Shown: positions 39,413 to 50,207, counted from the first letter of the stretch. The stretch: 64,000 bases of DNA from an uncultured Proteiniphilum sp. (GCA_964484665.1 CAZAFR010000003.1:28516-92515); one strand, 5' to 3'. Program-made: numbers and translations. The notes: a model not told the origin generated them from the sequence alone.

Positions 39413-39985
39413 TTAACAGTTTCCACAACCACACTGTTCTCCATTGTCTTTACCGGAACCTTTAGATCCACAATCGCAAGAGTCACAGCCACATCCTCCA
39501 CATGAAGATAGCGCAGCTATCTCTTCTGGGGATGCATCTCTTACTCCTAATACTTTACCTGTAAAATACATATTCTCTCCTGCCAGCGGATGGTTAAAAT
39601 CCATTGTTACAATACTGTCATCTATTTTTACAACCGAACCCATCAATTTATTACCGGATGAATCCATCATTGGTATCACATTGCCTTCAAATAGTACCTC
39701 ATTATCAATCTTTCCATCAATTTCAAAGATCGTTTTAGGCAGTTCCACTATTTGATCATCATCATATTCACCGTAAGCATCATCTGGAGTTAATTGAAAA
39801 GTGAATTCTTCGCCCTGCTCCAGACCCTCTATCTGTTTTTCAAAAGCATCAAGCATCATGTTGGTTCCAAAAATAAATTCCATTGGCTGTTCTGCAGTAG
39901 CTTGTTCCATTAGTTCAATATCATCTCCTTCTCCCACATTTAGGTCATAGGAAAGCGATATATACTTGTTTTCAGAAATTTTCAT
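39413..39985 (-). CDS. slyD: FKBP-type peptidyl-prolyl isomerase (SlyD-like) with Cys-rich tail
   Basis: DFNHPLAG; C-terminal CGGCGCDSCDCG...CGCGNC. Confidence 0.85.
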   Translation of the reverse strand: MKISENKYISLSYDLNVGEGDDIELMEQATAEQPMEFIFGTNMMLDAFEKQIEGLEQGEEFTFQLTPDDAYGEYDDDQIVELPKTIFEIDGKIDNEVLFEGNVIPMMDSSGNKLMGSVVKIDDSIVTMDFNHPLAGENMYFTGKVLGVRDASPEEIAALSSCGGCGCDSCDCGSKGSGKDNGEQCGCGNC

Positions 39986-40045
39986 TGAGTTTTTATATTA
40001 AATGATTTATACTATTTGAATAATAATAACAAATGTAATTGAAGT

Positions 40046-41218
40046 TTATTTATTAACAACGTTTTTGAGATTATTGAGAGCCTTTTCAAGTACAATTCTG
40101 GGAGTACCAACATTTAACCTCATAAAACCCTCACCCCCGGGACCAAACATTGTTCCATCATTTAGTGCAAGTCCGGCTTCCTCAACAAATAGCTTAACAA
40201 GATCCGGCTGTTTTAGCATCAGAGATGAACAATCAAGCCACACCAAAAATGAAGCCTCTGGTAGCATTGCTTTTATTTGTGGAATATTCTTTTTTAAATA
40301 ACTATCTACAAAGTCAACATTTCCCTGAACATATTCAATCATCTGATCGAGCCAATCGCCGCATTCGTCATAAGCAACCCTGGTAGCGGTATAAGCAAAA
40401 AGTGTTCCTTCATCCAGACCTCTGGGTTTTATATAACTTAGATACTTATCTCTTATTATTTTATTTGTAATAACCGCAAATGAACTAACTATCCCTGCAA
40501 TATTAAAAGTCTTACTGGGGGCCATAAGTGTAATGCTATTATTATCTGCCTTAGAAGACACTTTTGCAAATGGAGTATGTGTGAAGCCGGGTAAAGTTAT
40601 ATCAGAGTGAATCTCATCGGAAATAACCAGAACATTATTGTCGTAACATATCTCAGCAAGCTCTTCGAGCTCTTCGGGAAGCCATACTCTACCTGACGGG
40701 TTATGTGGATTGCACAAAATAAGCATCTTGCACTGTTTTTCTGCTACAATTGTTCGTAATCCATTAAAATCCATTCTGTATCTACCATTATCTTCAATTA
40801 ATGGATTATTAATTATTTTTCTGCCTAACGATGTACTTACAATTCTGAAAGGATGATATACAGGTGGTTGTATTATTATATTATCGCCTTTTTGAGTAAA
40901 TTCATCAATTGCGAAAGCAAAACCTTTGACAACTCCGGGTAAATAAATTATATCATCTTTCCTAACTTTCCAGTCATGTCGATTTTTCAACCAGTTAATG
41001 ATCGAATTTATATAGGGTTCTGATTGAATTGTATAACCAAACAACCCATGCTCCACTCTTTTCATCAAAGCTTCTGTTATTGGAGGTGGCGACTTAAAAT
41101 CCATATCAGCAACCCACAATGGAATAATATTGTCACGTCCAAAGACTGTTGTTAAATTTTCAAGCTTCACACTATCGGTGTTTGACCGATCGATAATTTC
41201 GTCAAAATTATATTTCAT
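40046..41218 (-). CDS. MalY/PatB family PLP-dependent C-S lyase
   Basis: PLWVADMDF, LCNPHNPSGRVW, SDEIH, APSKTFNIAG. Confidence 0.93.
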   Translation of the reverse strand: MKYNFDEIIDRSNTDSVKLENLTTVFGRDNIIPLWVADMDFKSPPPITEALMKRVEHGLFGYTIQSEPYINSIINWLKNRHDWKVRKDDIIYLPGVVKGFAFAIDEFTQKGDNIIIQPPVYHPFRIVSTSLGRKIINNPLIEDNGRYRMDFNGLRTIVAEKQCKMLILCNPHNPSGRVWLPEELEELAEICYDNNVLVISDEIHSDITLPGFTHTPFAKVSSKADNNSITLMAPSKTFNIAGIVSSFAVITNKIIRDKYLSYIKPRGLDEGTLFAYTATRVAYDECGDWLDQMIEYVQGNVDFVDSYLKKNIPQIKAMLPEASFLVWLDCSSLMLKQPDLVKLFVEEAGLALNDGTMFGPGGEGFMRLNVGTPRIVLEKALNNLKNVVNK

Positions 41219-41258
41219 CTTAAATTTGATAATTACAAATCTAGTTACAATTCATCCT

Positions 41259-42101
41259 CTAATAATAAACACTCTCGATTACTCTTTTGTCGCGTGCTCT
41301 TTTGCCTCCGAAATTAAGAGACTCAAAAGCCAATCCCAATACAAATTGATGTGAATTTAATTTGGTGATCAATTCGTTTACATCGGTTGTATAATAGTCC
41401 CACATATAACCTGTGCGTATTGTTATATTTTTAACAGGTAAATCAACAGTAAAATAGTTACGTAAAGCCAACTGATTATGAAATGAGCCTAAATGTATAG
41501 TTCCATTGTTATTTCCAAGAGTAAATATCTCATAGTAAGAATGTCCATACTCGGGACAAAAAAACATACCTACAAAAGGAGTTGTTAGCTGCCATCTAAA
41601 AGTTATATTACGCCAGTAATATAACGCCATTACGGACAAATTTAAATTAATGTATGTCTTAAGCGATCCCGGATTATTACTGTTTCTAACATTATATATG
41701 CCACCCAATGATGCTTCTGGTCCACCTCCCCCCAATAGTCGTAAATTCTCTAAAGTACATAGAGGGTAAAAGCCATTAAGATTATAGTACAGGCTACCCC
41801 AGTATTCCGACGAAGATGAAGTGGGATTTTTTGTGATTGCTGTTTGTATTCTAAACTGATTCTGAATCAGAGCTTCTCTCCCAAACATTTTTGATTCTTT
41901 CAACCTGTCATGAATAAGAGAGATTGCAATACCATCGTATGTTATCGGAGATAAATAGCTGTCATCTAAATAAGCTTTGCCTATTCCTATGAGTGTAGAT
42001 TGATTTACCGACCTAATGGTTTTTTGAGTAATGGACTCCTGTGAAAAAAGAAGACAACAATAACTTAAACATATATAGACTATAAAAGGAATCCTTTTCA
42101 T
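41259..42101 (-). CDS. DUF3316-like outer-membrane protein
   Basis: Signal peptide; DSYLSPITYDG, F.PEYGHSYYEIF, SFHNQ; alternating beta-strand pattern. Confidence 0.65.
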   Translation of the reverse strand: MKRIPFIVYICLSYCCLLFSQESITQKTIRSVNQSTLIGIGKAYLDDSYLSPITYDGIAISLIHDRLKESKMFGREALIQNQFRIQTAITKNPTSSSSEYWGSLYYNLNGFYPLCTLENLRLLGGGGPEASLGGIYNVRNSNNPGSLKTYINLNLSVMALYYWRNITFRWQLTTPFVGMFFCPEYGHSYYEIFTLGNNNGTIHLGSFHNQLALRNYFTVDLPVKNITIRTGYMWDYYTTDVNELITKLNSHQFVLGLAFESLNFGGKRARDKRVIESVYY

Positions 42102-42138
42102 TTACTCATCTGTTTTCATATGTATGGCATTAATGCCA

Positions 42139-44874
42139 TTAATCAAATAGCTTCATCTGTCCGGAGATTTCATCTCTTAAATCAGAATTTGATATATTTT
42201 CGTTCCCGTTTTCCGCATTATCTTCTCCTATTTCAACTTTTGTAGATTCATCCTCTTTAGGAGTTTCAGGAAACCGTGTAGGTTCAAGTTCCTCAACAGT
42301 TTCTACTTCAAAATTAGAGATTCGTTTTCCTTTTGCTTTATAGCTTTTTGCACCAATAAACTCTTCGGCATCCAGCTCAATTGGTTCACGGAAATCATCA
42401 CTACCGCCAAAGATAGCTTTTACCCTTGGGAATACTTCATCAGTAAGCAATAATAATCGAGATTCTTCATTTTCTCCCATAAAATTAAGAGTCTTTTCAG
42501 TGGCATCCATTGTAAAGCGTTTGAGATAAGCATAGCCCTGATCTGCATCAAAGAGAGCGGCAGTCCATATTTTATCTTGATCAAATTTCTCAACAATTAG
42601 CACATCATCGGGAAAGTGATTCGAAAGATCGAAACTGGATGTGTAGAAGTCTCCATTTTTAGTTATTACCAAAATTGTATCATCTCCTTGAAATTCGCCA
42701 AGAAATTTACCATCACCCTCATAATTGAGTCTGAAAACATCCGGATCATACCAAACTTTCCTGCCACCAAGTGTAGAAATACCTTTTTGTCTTAATTGAA
42801 TACGGTGAACTTCTGCTTTTGTGAGTATATTCCCAATAGTTCCTCGTCCCCTTATTTCGATCTCACTAAAATCTTTTTCAAACTGAAGAATACGTAGACG
42901 AGGTTTCGGTTTTAACATCACTTTAATAGTTTCAGCTTCTCCATTGGGGTTAGCGCTAAAGTATGCAATTCGTGATCCCGGCTTTTTTTTAGTCAGGTCA
43001 TATTCTTTATCTCGAGTAACACTTGTTACTGCAAATCTTTTAATATAGTGGGGTGATGTTCTACCATCCCGATATACGACGTTATAAATAGTGCGTTTGT
43101 CGTTCTTCTTAAAAACATTTGCGTAAAGTATTCCCTTACCAACAAACATCTTTTCACTCACTTTCACTACTTTGTATTTTCCATCTTTAAAAAAGATGAT
43201 GACATCGTCTAAATCTGAGCAGTTACAAACAAACTCATCTTTTTTCAATCCTGTACCAATGAATCCTTCTTCTCTGTTTATATATAGTTTTTCATTTGCT
43301 TCTACCACTTTAGCTGCTTCTATATTTTCAAAGCTGCGTATTTCTGTCTTTCGAGGATAAGCTTTTCCATAACGTTCTTTAAGCATTATATACCAGGATA
43401 TTGTGTAGTCAATGAGATTGTCAAGATTATGATTAATCTCATCAATTTCTTCAAGAAGCTTGGCTATCAGTTCATCAGATTTACTCACATTAAATTTCAG
43501 AATACGTGCCATCTTTATCTCCATCAGCTTTAGTATATCGTCACGGTTAATTTCCCTGATGAAGGTTGATTTAAAAGGATCAAGACGTTTATCGATATGT
43601 GATACTGCAATATCTATATTTTTAGCATCTTCAAATTCTTTGTCTTTGTATATTCGCTCTTCTATAAATATTTTCTCTAATGATGCGAAAAAATGAGACT
43701 CCTGTTTCTCTCTTTTTTCAATCTCCAGCTCTTTCTTGAGCAATTCCTTAGTGTTGTCAACCGATGCCCTTAAGACGTGACTTACTGTGAGAAAATGAGG
43801 CTTATCATTATCAATAACGCAACAATTGGGAGATATACTTATCTCGCAGTCTGTGAAGGCATATAATGCATCTATTGTCTTGTCTGATGACACTCCCGAT
43901 GCAAGCTGCACGTGTATTTCGACATTCTGAGCGGTGATATCATCAACTCTTTTAATTTTTATTTTGCCTTTCTCGTTTGCTTTCAGAATTGAGTCAACTA
44001 ATCCGGATGTGGTTCTTCCATATGGGACATCTTTTATAACAAGTGTCTTATTATCTAGTTTAGAAATAGTAGTGCGTACTTTAACAGAACCACCTCGCTC
44101 CCCATCATTATATTTTTCTATGTCAATATAACCTCCTGTTTGAAAATCAGGGAAGAGTTTAAACGATTTGCCCTTAAGATAAGAAACAGCTGCATCACAC
44201 AATTCATTAAAATTGTGAGGTAAAATTTTTGAAGAAAGGCCTACTGCAATACCTTCAGCTCCTTGTGCCAATAATAATGGAAATTTTGCAGGAAGAGTGA
44301 CCGGTTCTTTATTACGACCGTCATACGATGGCTTCCATTCGGTAGTCTTAGGATTAAACAATACCTCAAGAGCAAATTTATTTAGTCTTGCTTCAATATA
44401 CCGAGGTGCTGCAGCACTATCACCGGTTAGTATGTTACCCCAGTTACCCTGGCAGTCTACCAACAGATCTTTTTGTCCTAACTGAACCAATGCATCACCG
44501 ATAGATGCATCACCATGAGGGTGAAACTGCATCGTATTACCGATAATATTGGCCACTTTGTTATAACGACCATCATCCATTCGTTTCATGGAATGCAAAA
44601 TCCGTCGCTGAACCGGCTTCAATCCATCTGACAAATGCGGTACCGCGCGCTCAAGTATTACATACGAGGCGTAATCCAAAAACCAGTTCTGATACATTTT
44701 TGACAAGTTTAGTGTACTATCATCACTTAACCGTACAGGAACTCTTGAGTTTGGAGTGGCGCCTGAGTAAAAACTTTTCTCTAACTGGTCTTCCTGCTGC
44801 TTTTTAATATCATCGCTTTGCAGGGCATCGTCATTTTCTATAATATCGTCGTTGTTAATCTGTTTAGAAGACAT
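42139..44874 (-). CDS. parC: DNA topoisomerase IV subunit A
   Basis: DGLKPVQRRILHSM, HPHGDASI, AAAPRYIEARL (active Tyr); Bacteroidetes ParC-type C-terminus. Confidence 0.93.
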   Translation of the reverse strand: MSSKQINNDDIIENDDALQSDDIKKQQEDQLEKSFYSGATPNSRVPVRLSDDSTLNLSKMYQNWFLDYASYVILERAVPHLSDGLKPVQRRILHSMKRMDDGRYNKVANIIGNTMQFHPHGDASIGDALVQLGQKDLLVDCQGNWGNILTGDSAAAPRYIEARLNKFALEVLFNPKTTEWKPSYDGRNKEPVTLPAKFPLLLAQGAEGIAVGLSSKILPHNFNELCDAAVSYLKGKSFKLFPDFQTGGYIDIEKYNDGERGGSVKVRTTISKLDNKTLVIKDVPYGRTTSGLVDSILKANEKGKIKIKRVDDITAQNVEIHVQLASGVSSDKTIDALYAFTDCEISISPNCCVIDNDKPHFLTVSHVLRASVDNTKELLKKELEIEKREKQESHFFASLEKIFIEERIYKDKEFEDAKNIDIAVSHIDKRLDPFKSTFIREINRDDILKLMEIKMARILKFNVSKSDELIAKLLEEIDEINHNLDNLIDYTISWYIMLKERYGKAYPRKTEIRSFENIEAAKVVEANEKLYINREEGFIGTGLKKDEFVCNCSDLDDVIIFFKDGKYKVVKVSEKMFVGKGILYANVFKKNDKRTIYNVVYRDGRTSPHYIKRFAVTSVTRDKEYDLTKKKPGSRIAYFSANPNGEAETIKVMLKPKPRLRILQFEKDFSEIEIRGRGTIGNILTKAEVHRIQLRQKGISTLGGRKVWYDPDVFRLNYEGDGKFLGEFQGDDTILVITKNGDFYTSSFDLSNHFPDDVLIVEKFDQDKIWTAALFDADQGYAYLKRFTMDATEKTLNFMGENEESRLLLLTDEVFPRVKAIFGGSDDFREPIELDAEEFIGAKSYKAKGKRISNFEVETVEELEPTRFPETPKEDESTKVEIGEDNAENGNENISNSDLRDEISGQMKLFD

Positions 44875-44962
44875 ATGTCAATTAAATAAACAGATGTTTA
44901 CCACCTTTTACCGGCAGCATACATCGTTTTCAGTGGTGTAAATTATTTGCTTAAAAATCGCT

Positions 44963-44970
44963 CAAAGATA
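44963..44970 (-). promoter_or_regulatory. -7 promoter box for parC
   Basis: Reverse complement is TATCTTTG. Confidence 0.5.
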
Positions 44971-45124
44971 TGAAAAATGAGGTTAATTCCAAAATGGAAT
45001 AATATCTATAAAAGAGATGATAAATGCCACATTAAAACTGAAAATAAAGTTATAATAGTTTTTACTAACAGAAATTTATATATTTTTGTTGAATAACTAC
45101 GGAATAACAACAAACAATTTATCT

Positions 45125-46039
45125 ATGGGATTTTTTAGAATACCGAAGAAAATAATAAAATCGTTGCTGATATTTTTTATTGCGTCTTTTATTTTAGCAT
45201 GTGGAAGCGTTCCTTTCACTGGCAGAAAACAATTACAACTAGTTTCAAGCGATGAAGTTATAGCTTTGAGTTTACAACAATATCAGGAATTTATGCGAAC
45301 CGCTCCTGTTGAACGGGGTACAGCAGATGCTCAAATGGTAAACCGTGTTGGGAATAAAATAGCGAAGGCAGTAGAAACTTTTTATGCAAGCAATGGGTAC
45401 GAATCTGAAAATGCTAATTATGCATGGGAATTTAATCTTGTATCAGAAAAAAATGTAAATGCTTTTGCAATGCCGGGTGGCAAAGTCGTAGTTTACTCAG
45501 GACTACTACCTGTTACACAGACAGAAGAAGCTCTTGCAGTTGTTATGGGTCACGAAATCGCACATGTTATTGCAAGGCACTCAAATGAAAGATTGAGCCA
45601 GCAAGTAGCTTTACAGTATGGAAGCACTGTAGCAGGGGGTCTGCTCGGCAATTCTGAATCAACTCGTCAAATTGCCACTACTGTATTCGGTCTGGGTGCT
45701 CAATACGGAGTTATGATGCCTTATGCACGAAAACAGGAGCTGGAAGCTGATGAAATAGGTGTTATCATTATGGCAATTGCAGGATATGATCCCAGAGTTG
45801 CTATTCCTTTTTGGACGAGAATGGCTGAAGCATCTGCAGGCGCAGGAGGTCTCGAGATTTTGAGTACTCACCCTGCTGATAGCAAAAGAATTGAAAAACT
45901 GATTGCTATTATGCCAACAGCTCTTCAATACTACAAAGGTTCGGGCGTTCAAAATGAAACTACCGAACCTATTAAAACAAAAACTCCGGTGTCTGTTGAG
46001 ACAAACAAAAGCAAGACCTCGGAAAAATGGACATTCTAG
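45125..46039 (+). CDS. M48 family metallopeptidase, lipoprotein
   Basis: Lipobox ILAC; NAFAMPGGK, GHEIAH, ELEAD, LSTHP. Start placed at 45125. Confidence 0.93.
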   Translation: MGFFRIPKKIIKSLLIFFIASFILACGSVPFTGRKQLQLVSSDEVIALSLQQYQEFMRTAPVERGTADAQMVNRVGNKIAKAVETFYASNGYESENANYAWEFNLVSEKNVNAFAMPGGKVVVYSGLLPVTQTEEALAVVMGHEIAHVIARHSNERLSQQVALQYGSTVAGGLLGNSESTRQIATTVFGLGAQYGVMMPYARKQELEADEIGVIIMAIAGYDPRVAIPFWTRMAEASAGAGGLEILSTHPADSKRIEKLIAIMPTALQYYKGSGVQNETTEPIKTKTPVSVETNKSKTSEKWTF

Positions 46040-46494
46040 CCCCTCAACCGATTCAGGGATTGTACTAAAGTTTCATCCGCACCTATTTTCCTGATAGCAA
46101 GTATGGTAAGAATGATGGCTATTACAGGCATTATTATGCCTACACCAATTTTATTAAAAAGGACATCTTCTACTGTGTATACTTTGTGAAACACAAAGCC
46201 GAAAAATAGATAGAAACCTATCATCAAGATAATATTGAAGATTGATAGCCTTATCTGTAATATCCTTTTTTTATATAAAAAGATAGTTATCAAAGCTAAA
46301 ACAGAACTACTTAAGCTAAGAGCAAAAAGTCCCCATGTCGAGTCATTAAGTATTCCGTTTAAATATACACCCATAGCCTCAAAAACAACCTCATCGCTAT
46401 AATTATAATGAAAAGTAGCCAAAGGAGTAGCAGACGCAACAAGCATTGCTGCAGCAGCTAAAACAAGAAAAACTGTTTGAATACGTTGAAGCAT
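46036..46494 (-). CDS. DUF4293 membrane protein
   Basis: MLQRIQTVFL, YKKRILQ, AIRKIGADETLVQSLNRLR. Confidence 0.85.
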   Translation of the reverse strand: MLQRIQTVFLVLAAAAMLVASATPLATFHYNYSDEVVFEAMGVYLNGILNDSTWGLFALSLSSSVLALITIFLYKKRILQIRLSIFNIILMIGFYLFFGFVFHKVYTVEDVLFNKIGVGIIMPVIAIILTILAIRKIGADETLVQSLNRLRG

Positions 46495-46497
46495 AAA

Positions 46498-46830
46498 TCA
46501 GAACAAATCTTTTTCTTTAGAAGGGTTACGATAATATATCTCATTCATTCTCCATTCTTCAGTAGCAAGTAAAGAAGGTTTTGGAAGTTTTTCGTAAAAT
46601 TTGGATATCTCTATTTGCTCATGATTTTCAAATACCTCTTCCAAATTATCACTGTATGAAGCAAATTCCTGTAATTTTGAATCAAGATCTTGTTTCATAT
46701 CTATACTAATCTGATTAGCTCTTTTCCCAATAATTCTAACCATCTCATAAACATTTCCAACCGGTTCGGCTAATTTCATAACGTCACGCGTTTCTGTATT
46801 TGAGTTAGCAGCTATTTTTCTGTAATCCAT
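46498..46830 (-). CDS. rpoZ: RNA polymerase omega subunit
   Basis: GNVYE...KRANQI, LEEVFEN.EQIEISKFYEKLPKP; Bacteroidetes bamD-rpoZ-DUF4293 synteny. Confidence 0.9.
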   Translation of the reverse strand: MDYRKIAANSNTETRDVMKLAEPVGNVYEMVRIIGKRANQISIDMKQDLDSKLQEFASYSDNLEEVFENHEQIEISKFYEKLPKPSLLATEEWRMNEIYYRNPSKEKDLF

Positions 46831-46855
46831 ATTTTATTTAAATGTTTAATTTTTC

Positions 46856-47671
46856 TTATGTAGTAGGTAAAACATCGATTTTGCTTTGGGCTTCCTTATA
46901 ATATCCCGCAGCTTCTTTAAGATACTTCCCATTAGGGAAAGTATTAGTATAGTTGTAATATTCATCAACAACCATTCTATAACGCTCAGGTTGTGTCTGT
47001 AAAGTACTCCTTTGTGCAAATTCATACCTGGCACGCAAAATAGTTATCTGATACTCTTCCATATATACTGAATAAGGATAACTTTTCATAGCTTCCCTAG
47101 CAGTAATAACAGCTGATTCATAATTATTTCCCATATAATTACCGAGATTTAAATAGAGTTCGGCTGCTTGTAATTCTTTATAAGCTAATTTTTCCTGAAG
47201 CTCAAAAAGATAATTCTTTGCCTGCTCAGCCCGTTCAGTCTGTGGATACCTATCAATATATTTTTGAAATTCGGCTATTGCCGTGTAAGTTTTTGTTTGA
47301 TCCAGTTTTGCATCCGGTGAATCAAGATACATCCCATAAGCGGAATAGAATAATGCTGACTCGGTATATTCTCCTTTTGGGTATGTGTTGTAATATGTTG
47401 TAAAAACCTCTGTGGCTGAATAATAATCTCTTGAATTGTAATGACTCTGTGCTAAAAGATACAATGATTCTTCTGCTTGTGCAGTTCCTTTCATAAAAGG
47501 AACCAACTCTTCAAGTAACGTTATACTACGACTATACTTACCCTCTTCAAAATATTTTTTTGCATAACTGTACTTCAAATCTCTATCAGTACTTTTCAAT
47601 ATTTTATTATATTCACTACATGAACCTAAGGCCAAAGCAAACATCAAATAAAAGATAAGTCTATTTTTCAT
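46856..47671 (-). CDS. bamD: Outer-membrane protein assembly factor BamD
   Basis: Lipobox LGSC; EYNKILKS, TPR helices, LDQTKT, LQEKL. Start placed at 47671. Confidence 0.92.
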   Translation of the reverse strand: MKNRLIFYLMFALALGSCSEYNKILKSTDRDLKYSYAKKYFEEGKYSRSITLLEELVPFMKGTAQAEESLYLLAQSHYNSRDYYSATEVFTTYYNTYPKGEYTESALFYSAYGMYLDSPDAKLDQTKTYTAIAEFQKYIDRYPQTERAEQAKNYLFELQEKLAYKELQAAELYLNLGNYMGNNYESAVITAREAMKSYPYSVYMEEYQITILRARYEFAQRSTLQTQPERYRMVVDEYYNYTNTFPNGKYLKEAAGYYKEAQSKIDVLPTT

Positions 47672-47696
47672 CTCGTTACAAGTCATTTTAAGTCTG

Positions 47697-47704
47697 CAAA
47701 TTTA
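47697..47704 (-). promoter_or_regulatory. -7 promoter box for the bamD-rpoZ operon
   Basis: Reverse complement is TAAATTTG. Confidence 0.45.
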
Positions 47705-47751
47705 CTGAATCTTTCTCATTTATAGGTATGCAAACCTAATTTTATTCTATT

Positions 47752-49263
47752 TTAGGATTTATTTGAAACAAATTCTAGGATACTATTTACATATCTTCGA
47801 TCATTTGCCAGTTTTGGAACTTTATTCTGACCACCAATTTTTTCTCTCTGTTGCATCCAATTATAGAATACATCCTTTTCAATTAATCTTACAATAGGAG
47901 CATCTAATGAGAGATTATATGAACGTTTCGCTTCATAATCAGAATTAAGTCTCTTGAGACTTTCATCCAATAGATGAGTAAATTCTTTCAAATCTTTCGG
48001 CTCAGTTTCAAATTCAATTAACCATTCATGAGCACCATTATGGGTTTCTGAAAAATAAATTGGAGCTACAGTATATTCAGTAACCTTAGCACCTGTCTTA
48101 CTACAAATTTCCTGAATTGCCCTATCAGCATTTTCAACAATAAGCTCTTCACCAAAAGCATTAATAAATTGCTTGGTACGTCCTGTTAATTTAAAAAGAT
48201 ATGGGTTGACAGATGAAAACTCTACAGTATCACCAATTTTATATCGCCACAAACCACCACTGGTAGTAATTAGCATTGCATACTGTTTTCCTACTTTAAC
48301 TCCTTCTAATGGTACAACTTCAGGATTATCTTTATCCCACTCGCCAACAGGTATAAATTCATAATATACCTGGTTATCTAAAATCAACAGCAAATCACTC
48401 GATTCAGGCGAAAACTGAACGCCAAAAAATCCCTCTGAGGCATTATAAGTTTCCCAATAGTTTATTTTATCAGGTGAAATAATTTTGTCAAACTGCTCTC
48501 TGAATGGAAGAAAACTTACTCCGCCATGAAAAAACACTTCAATATTAGGCCATAAATCAATAATTGACTTACCAGTATCTTTAACAATTTTTTTTAGTAA
48601 AACCAACATCCATGAAGGCACACCTATAAGTGCACGAATATCCATTTTTATTGAATATTCAGTAAGCTTCTCCAGTTTTTCTTCCCAGTCCGGTAATAGT
48701 GCAATCTCTTCGGGTGTTCTTCTTTTTTTTACAACTTTGGGCAAATTCATCATCAATATTGCTGATATATCGCCAGTGTATATACTGTTACCAATACGAT
48801 TAACTTGCTGACTGCCACCCATCACAAGGGTTTTACCTAATACAAATGCAGTTTTTGGATAATGTGCTGCATAGATTCCAAGCATTTGATAACCTGCTCG
48901 ATAATTTCCATTATAAAGCGACTCGTTTGTTACCGGAATATACTTGCTTTTATCCTCCGTTGTGCCGGAAGACATTGCAAACCACTTTATCGGAGTATCC
49001 CAGAGTACATTTTTCTCTTTTTCTACAATTATCTTTTCAAGGTATGGTTTTAAATCCTCATAAGAAATCACAGGTACTTTTTTATTGAATTCGTAATAAT
49101 CGCTTATATTTCCGAAATCATTTTTTTTACCGTATAGTGTATTTCTTCCATGTTCCAGTAGATATTGAAATGTTCGTTGTTGGGTCCCAAGTGGATCTTC
49201 TAAGAAATTCTCCACTGGTCTATAGTATGAGTTAAGTATCGATCTAACTATTTTTTGAATCAT
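47752..49263 (-). CDS. GH3 auxin-responsive-like acyl-adenylate/amido synthetase family protein
   Basis: AMSSGTT..KSKYIP, ETYNASEGF, GGLWRYKIGD, TGRTK, GGQNKVPKL. Confidence 0.92.
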   Translation of the reverse strand: MIQKIVRSILNSYYRPVENFLEDPLGTQQRTFQYLLEHGRNTLYGKKNDFGNISDYYEFNKKVPVISYEDLKPYLEKIIVEKEKNVLWDTPIKWFAMSSGTTEDKSKYIPVTNESLYNGNYRAGYQMLGIYAAHYPKTAFVLGKTLVMGGSQQVNRIGNSIYTGDISAILMMNLPKVVKKRRTPEEIALLPDWEEKLEKLTEYSIKMDIRALIGVPSWMLVLLKKIVKDTGKSIIDLWPNIEVFFHGGVSFLPFREQFDKIISPDKINYWETYNASEGFFGVQFSPESSDLLLILDNQVYYEFIPVGEWDKDNPEVVPLEGVKVGKQYAMLITTSGGLWRYKIGDTVEFSSVNPYLFKLTGRTKQFINAFGEELIVENADRAIQEICSKTGAKVTEYTVAPIYFSETHNGAHEWLIEFETEPKDLKEFTHLLDESLKRLNSDYEAKRSYNLSLDAPIVRLIEKDVFYNWMQQREKIGGQNKVPKLANDRRYVNSILEFVSNKS

Positions 49264-49347
49264 TCTTTACTTGAAAATTGTGACACAAAGGTATACAGGA
49301 GTTTCAATAATCAGAAAAATAAATTCACAATTAAATAAAAATTCTAA

Positions 49348-50049
49348 TTAACCTATTCGGCTTATTTTACGTAGCCTATCTTCATCAATTATTTTTATTT
49401 TTCTACCATCAACTGCAATAATACGTTCATTAACAAAATTTGAGAGTGTCCTTATCGCATTAGAAGTGGTCATGTTTGATAGGCTTGCAAGATCTTCTCG
49501 AGCCAAATAAATATTTATCGTAGCACCATCTTCTTCAAGCCCATAACTTTCTTTAAGGAATATTAATGATTCGGCTAGACGTCCGCGAACATGTTTTTGC
49601 GTAAGGTTCACCACCCTTTGGTCTGCTATTCCTAAGTCAACCGACAACATTTGAATAAAAAACATTGCTAGGTCTCCATTTTCGCGAAGGAATCTCTCAA
49701 TTAGCTCCATCGGAATCATGCAAACAGTACAAGACTCAAAAGCAGATGCTGCCGTGACATATGGTTCTCTTGCAAAATAAGCACGATAACCAAAATACAT
49801 AACAGGTCGTATTATTCTGATTATCTGACTCCTCCCACCTACCCCACTTTTGTAGATTTTTACCTTTCCTTTAAAAAGGCACATTAGGTCTTTAGGACTT
49901 TCATCCTCAATATAGATGAGTTCATTTTTCTTATAATTAATAATTCGAGCATTCTCACGCAAAAGATTGCGCTCAACATCTGACAACATTCTCCAAATTT
50001 CGGGTAACGTTGAAGACAAGTCTATTACTTCTTTACTCTTTCCAGGCAT
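49348..50049 (-). CDS. Crp/Fnr family transcriptional regulator
   Basis: cNMP-binding domain (GKVKIYK), LTQKHVRGRLAESL, HTH REDLASLSNMTTSNAIRTLS. Confidence 0.93.
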   Translation of the reverse strand: MPGKSKEVIDLSSTLPEIWRMLSDVERNLLRENARIINYKKNELIYIEDESPKDLMCLFKGKVKIYKSGVGGRSQIIRIIRPVMYFGYRAYFAREPYVTAASAFESCTVCMIPMELIERFLRENGDLAMFFIQMLSVDLGIADQRVVNLTQKHVRGRLAESLIFLKESYGLEEDGATINIYLAREDLASLSNMTTSNAIRTLSNFVNERIIAVDGRKIKIIDEDRLRKISRIG

Positions 50050-50077
50050 AAATGTTATAGAACTATGTTCTAGAACA

Positions 50078-50085
50078 CAAATATA
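50078..50085 (-). promoter_or_regulatory. -7 promoter box for the crp/fnr gene
   Basis: Reverse complement is TATATTTG, 28 nt upstream of the start. Confidence 0.5.
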
Positions 50086-50192
50086 TAAGTTTTTTTTAGT
50101 AAGTAAAAAAATAAGATATTTTTTTTGAAAAAAAATTCTGTTAAATATGTGATACTATAATATAAAACAGATCGTGATATTTAAAAAAAACG

Positions 50193-50200
50193 TAAGTTTG
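50193..50200 (+). promoter_or_regulatory. -7 promoter box for the DUF5686 gene
   Basis: TAAGTTTG just upstream of the ATG. Confidence 0.45.
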
Positions 50201-50207
50201 CATATCA

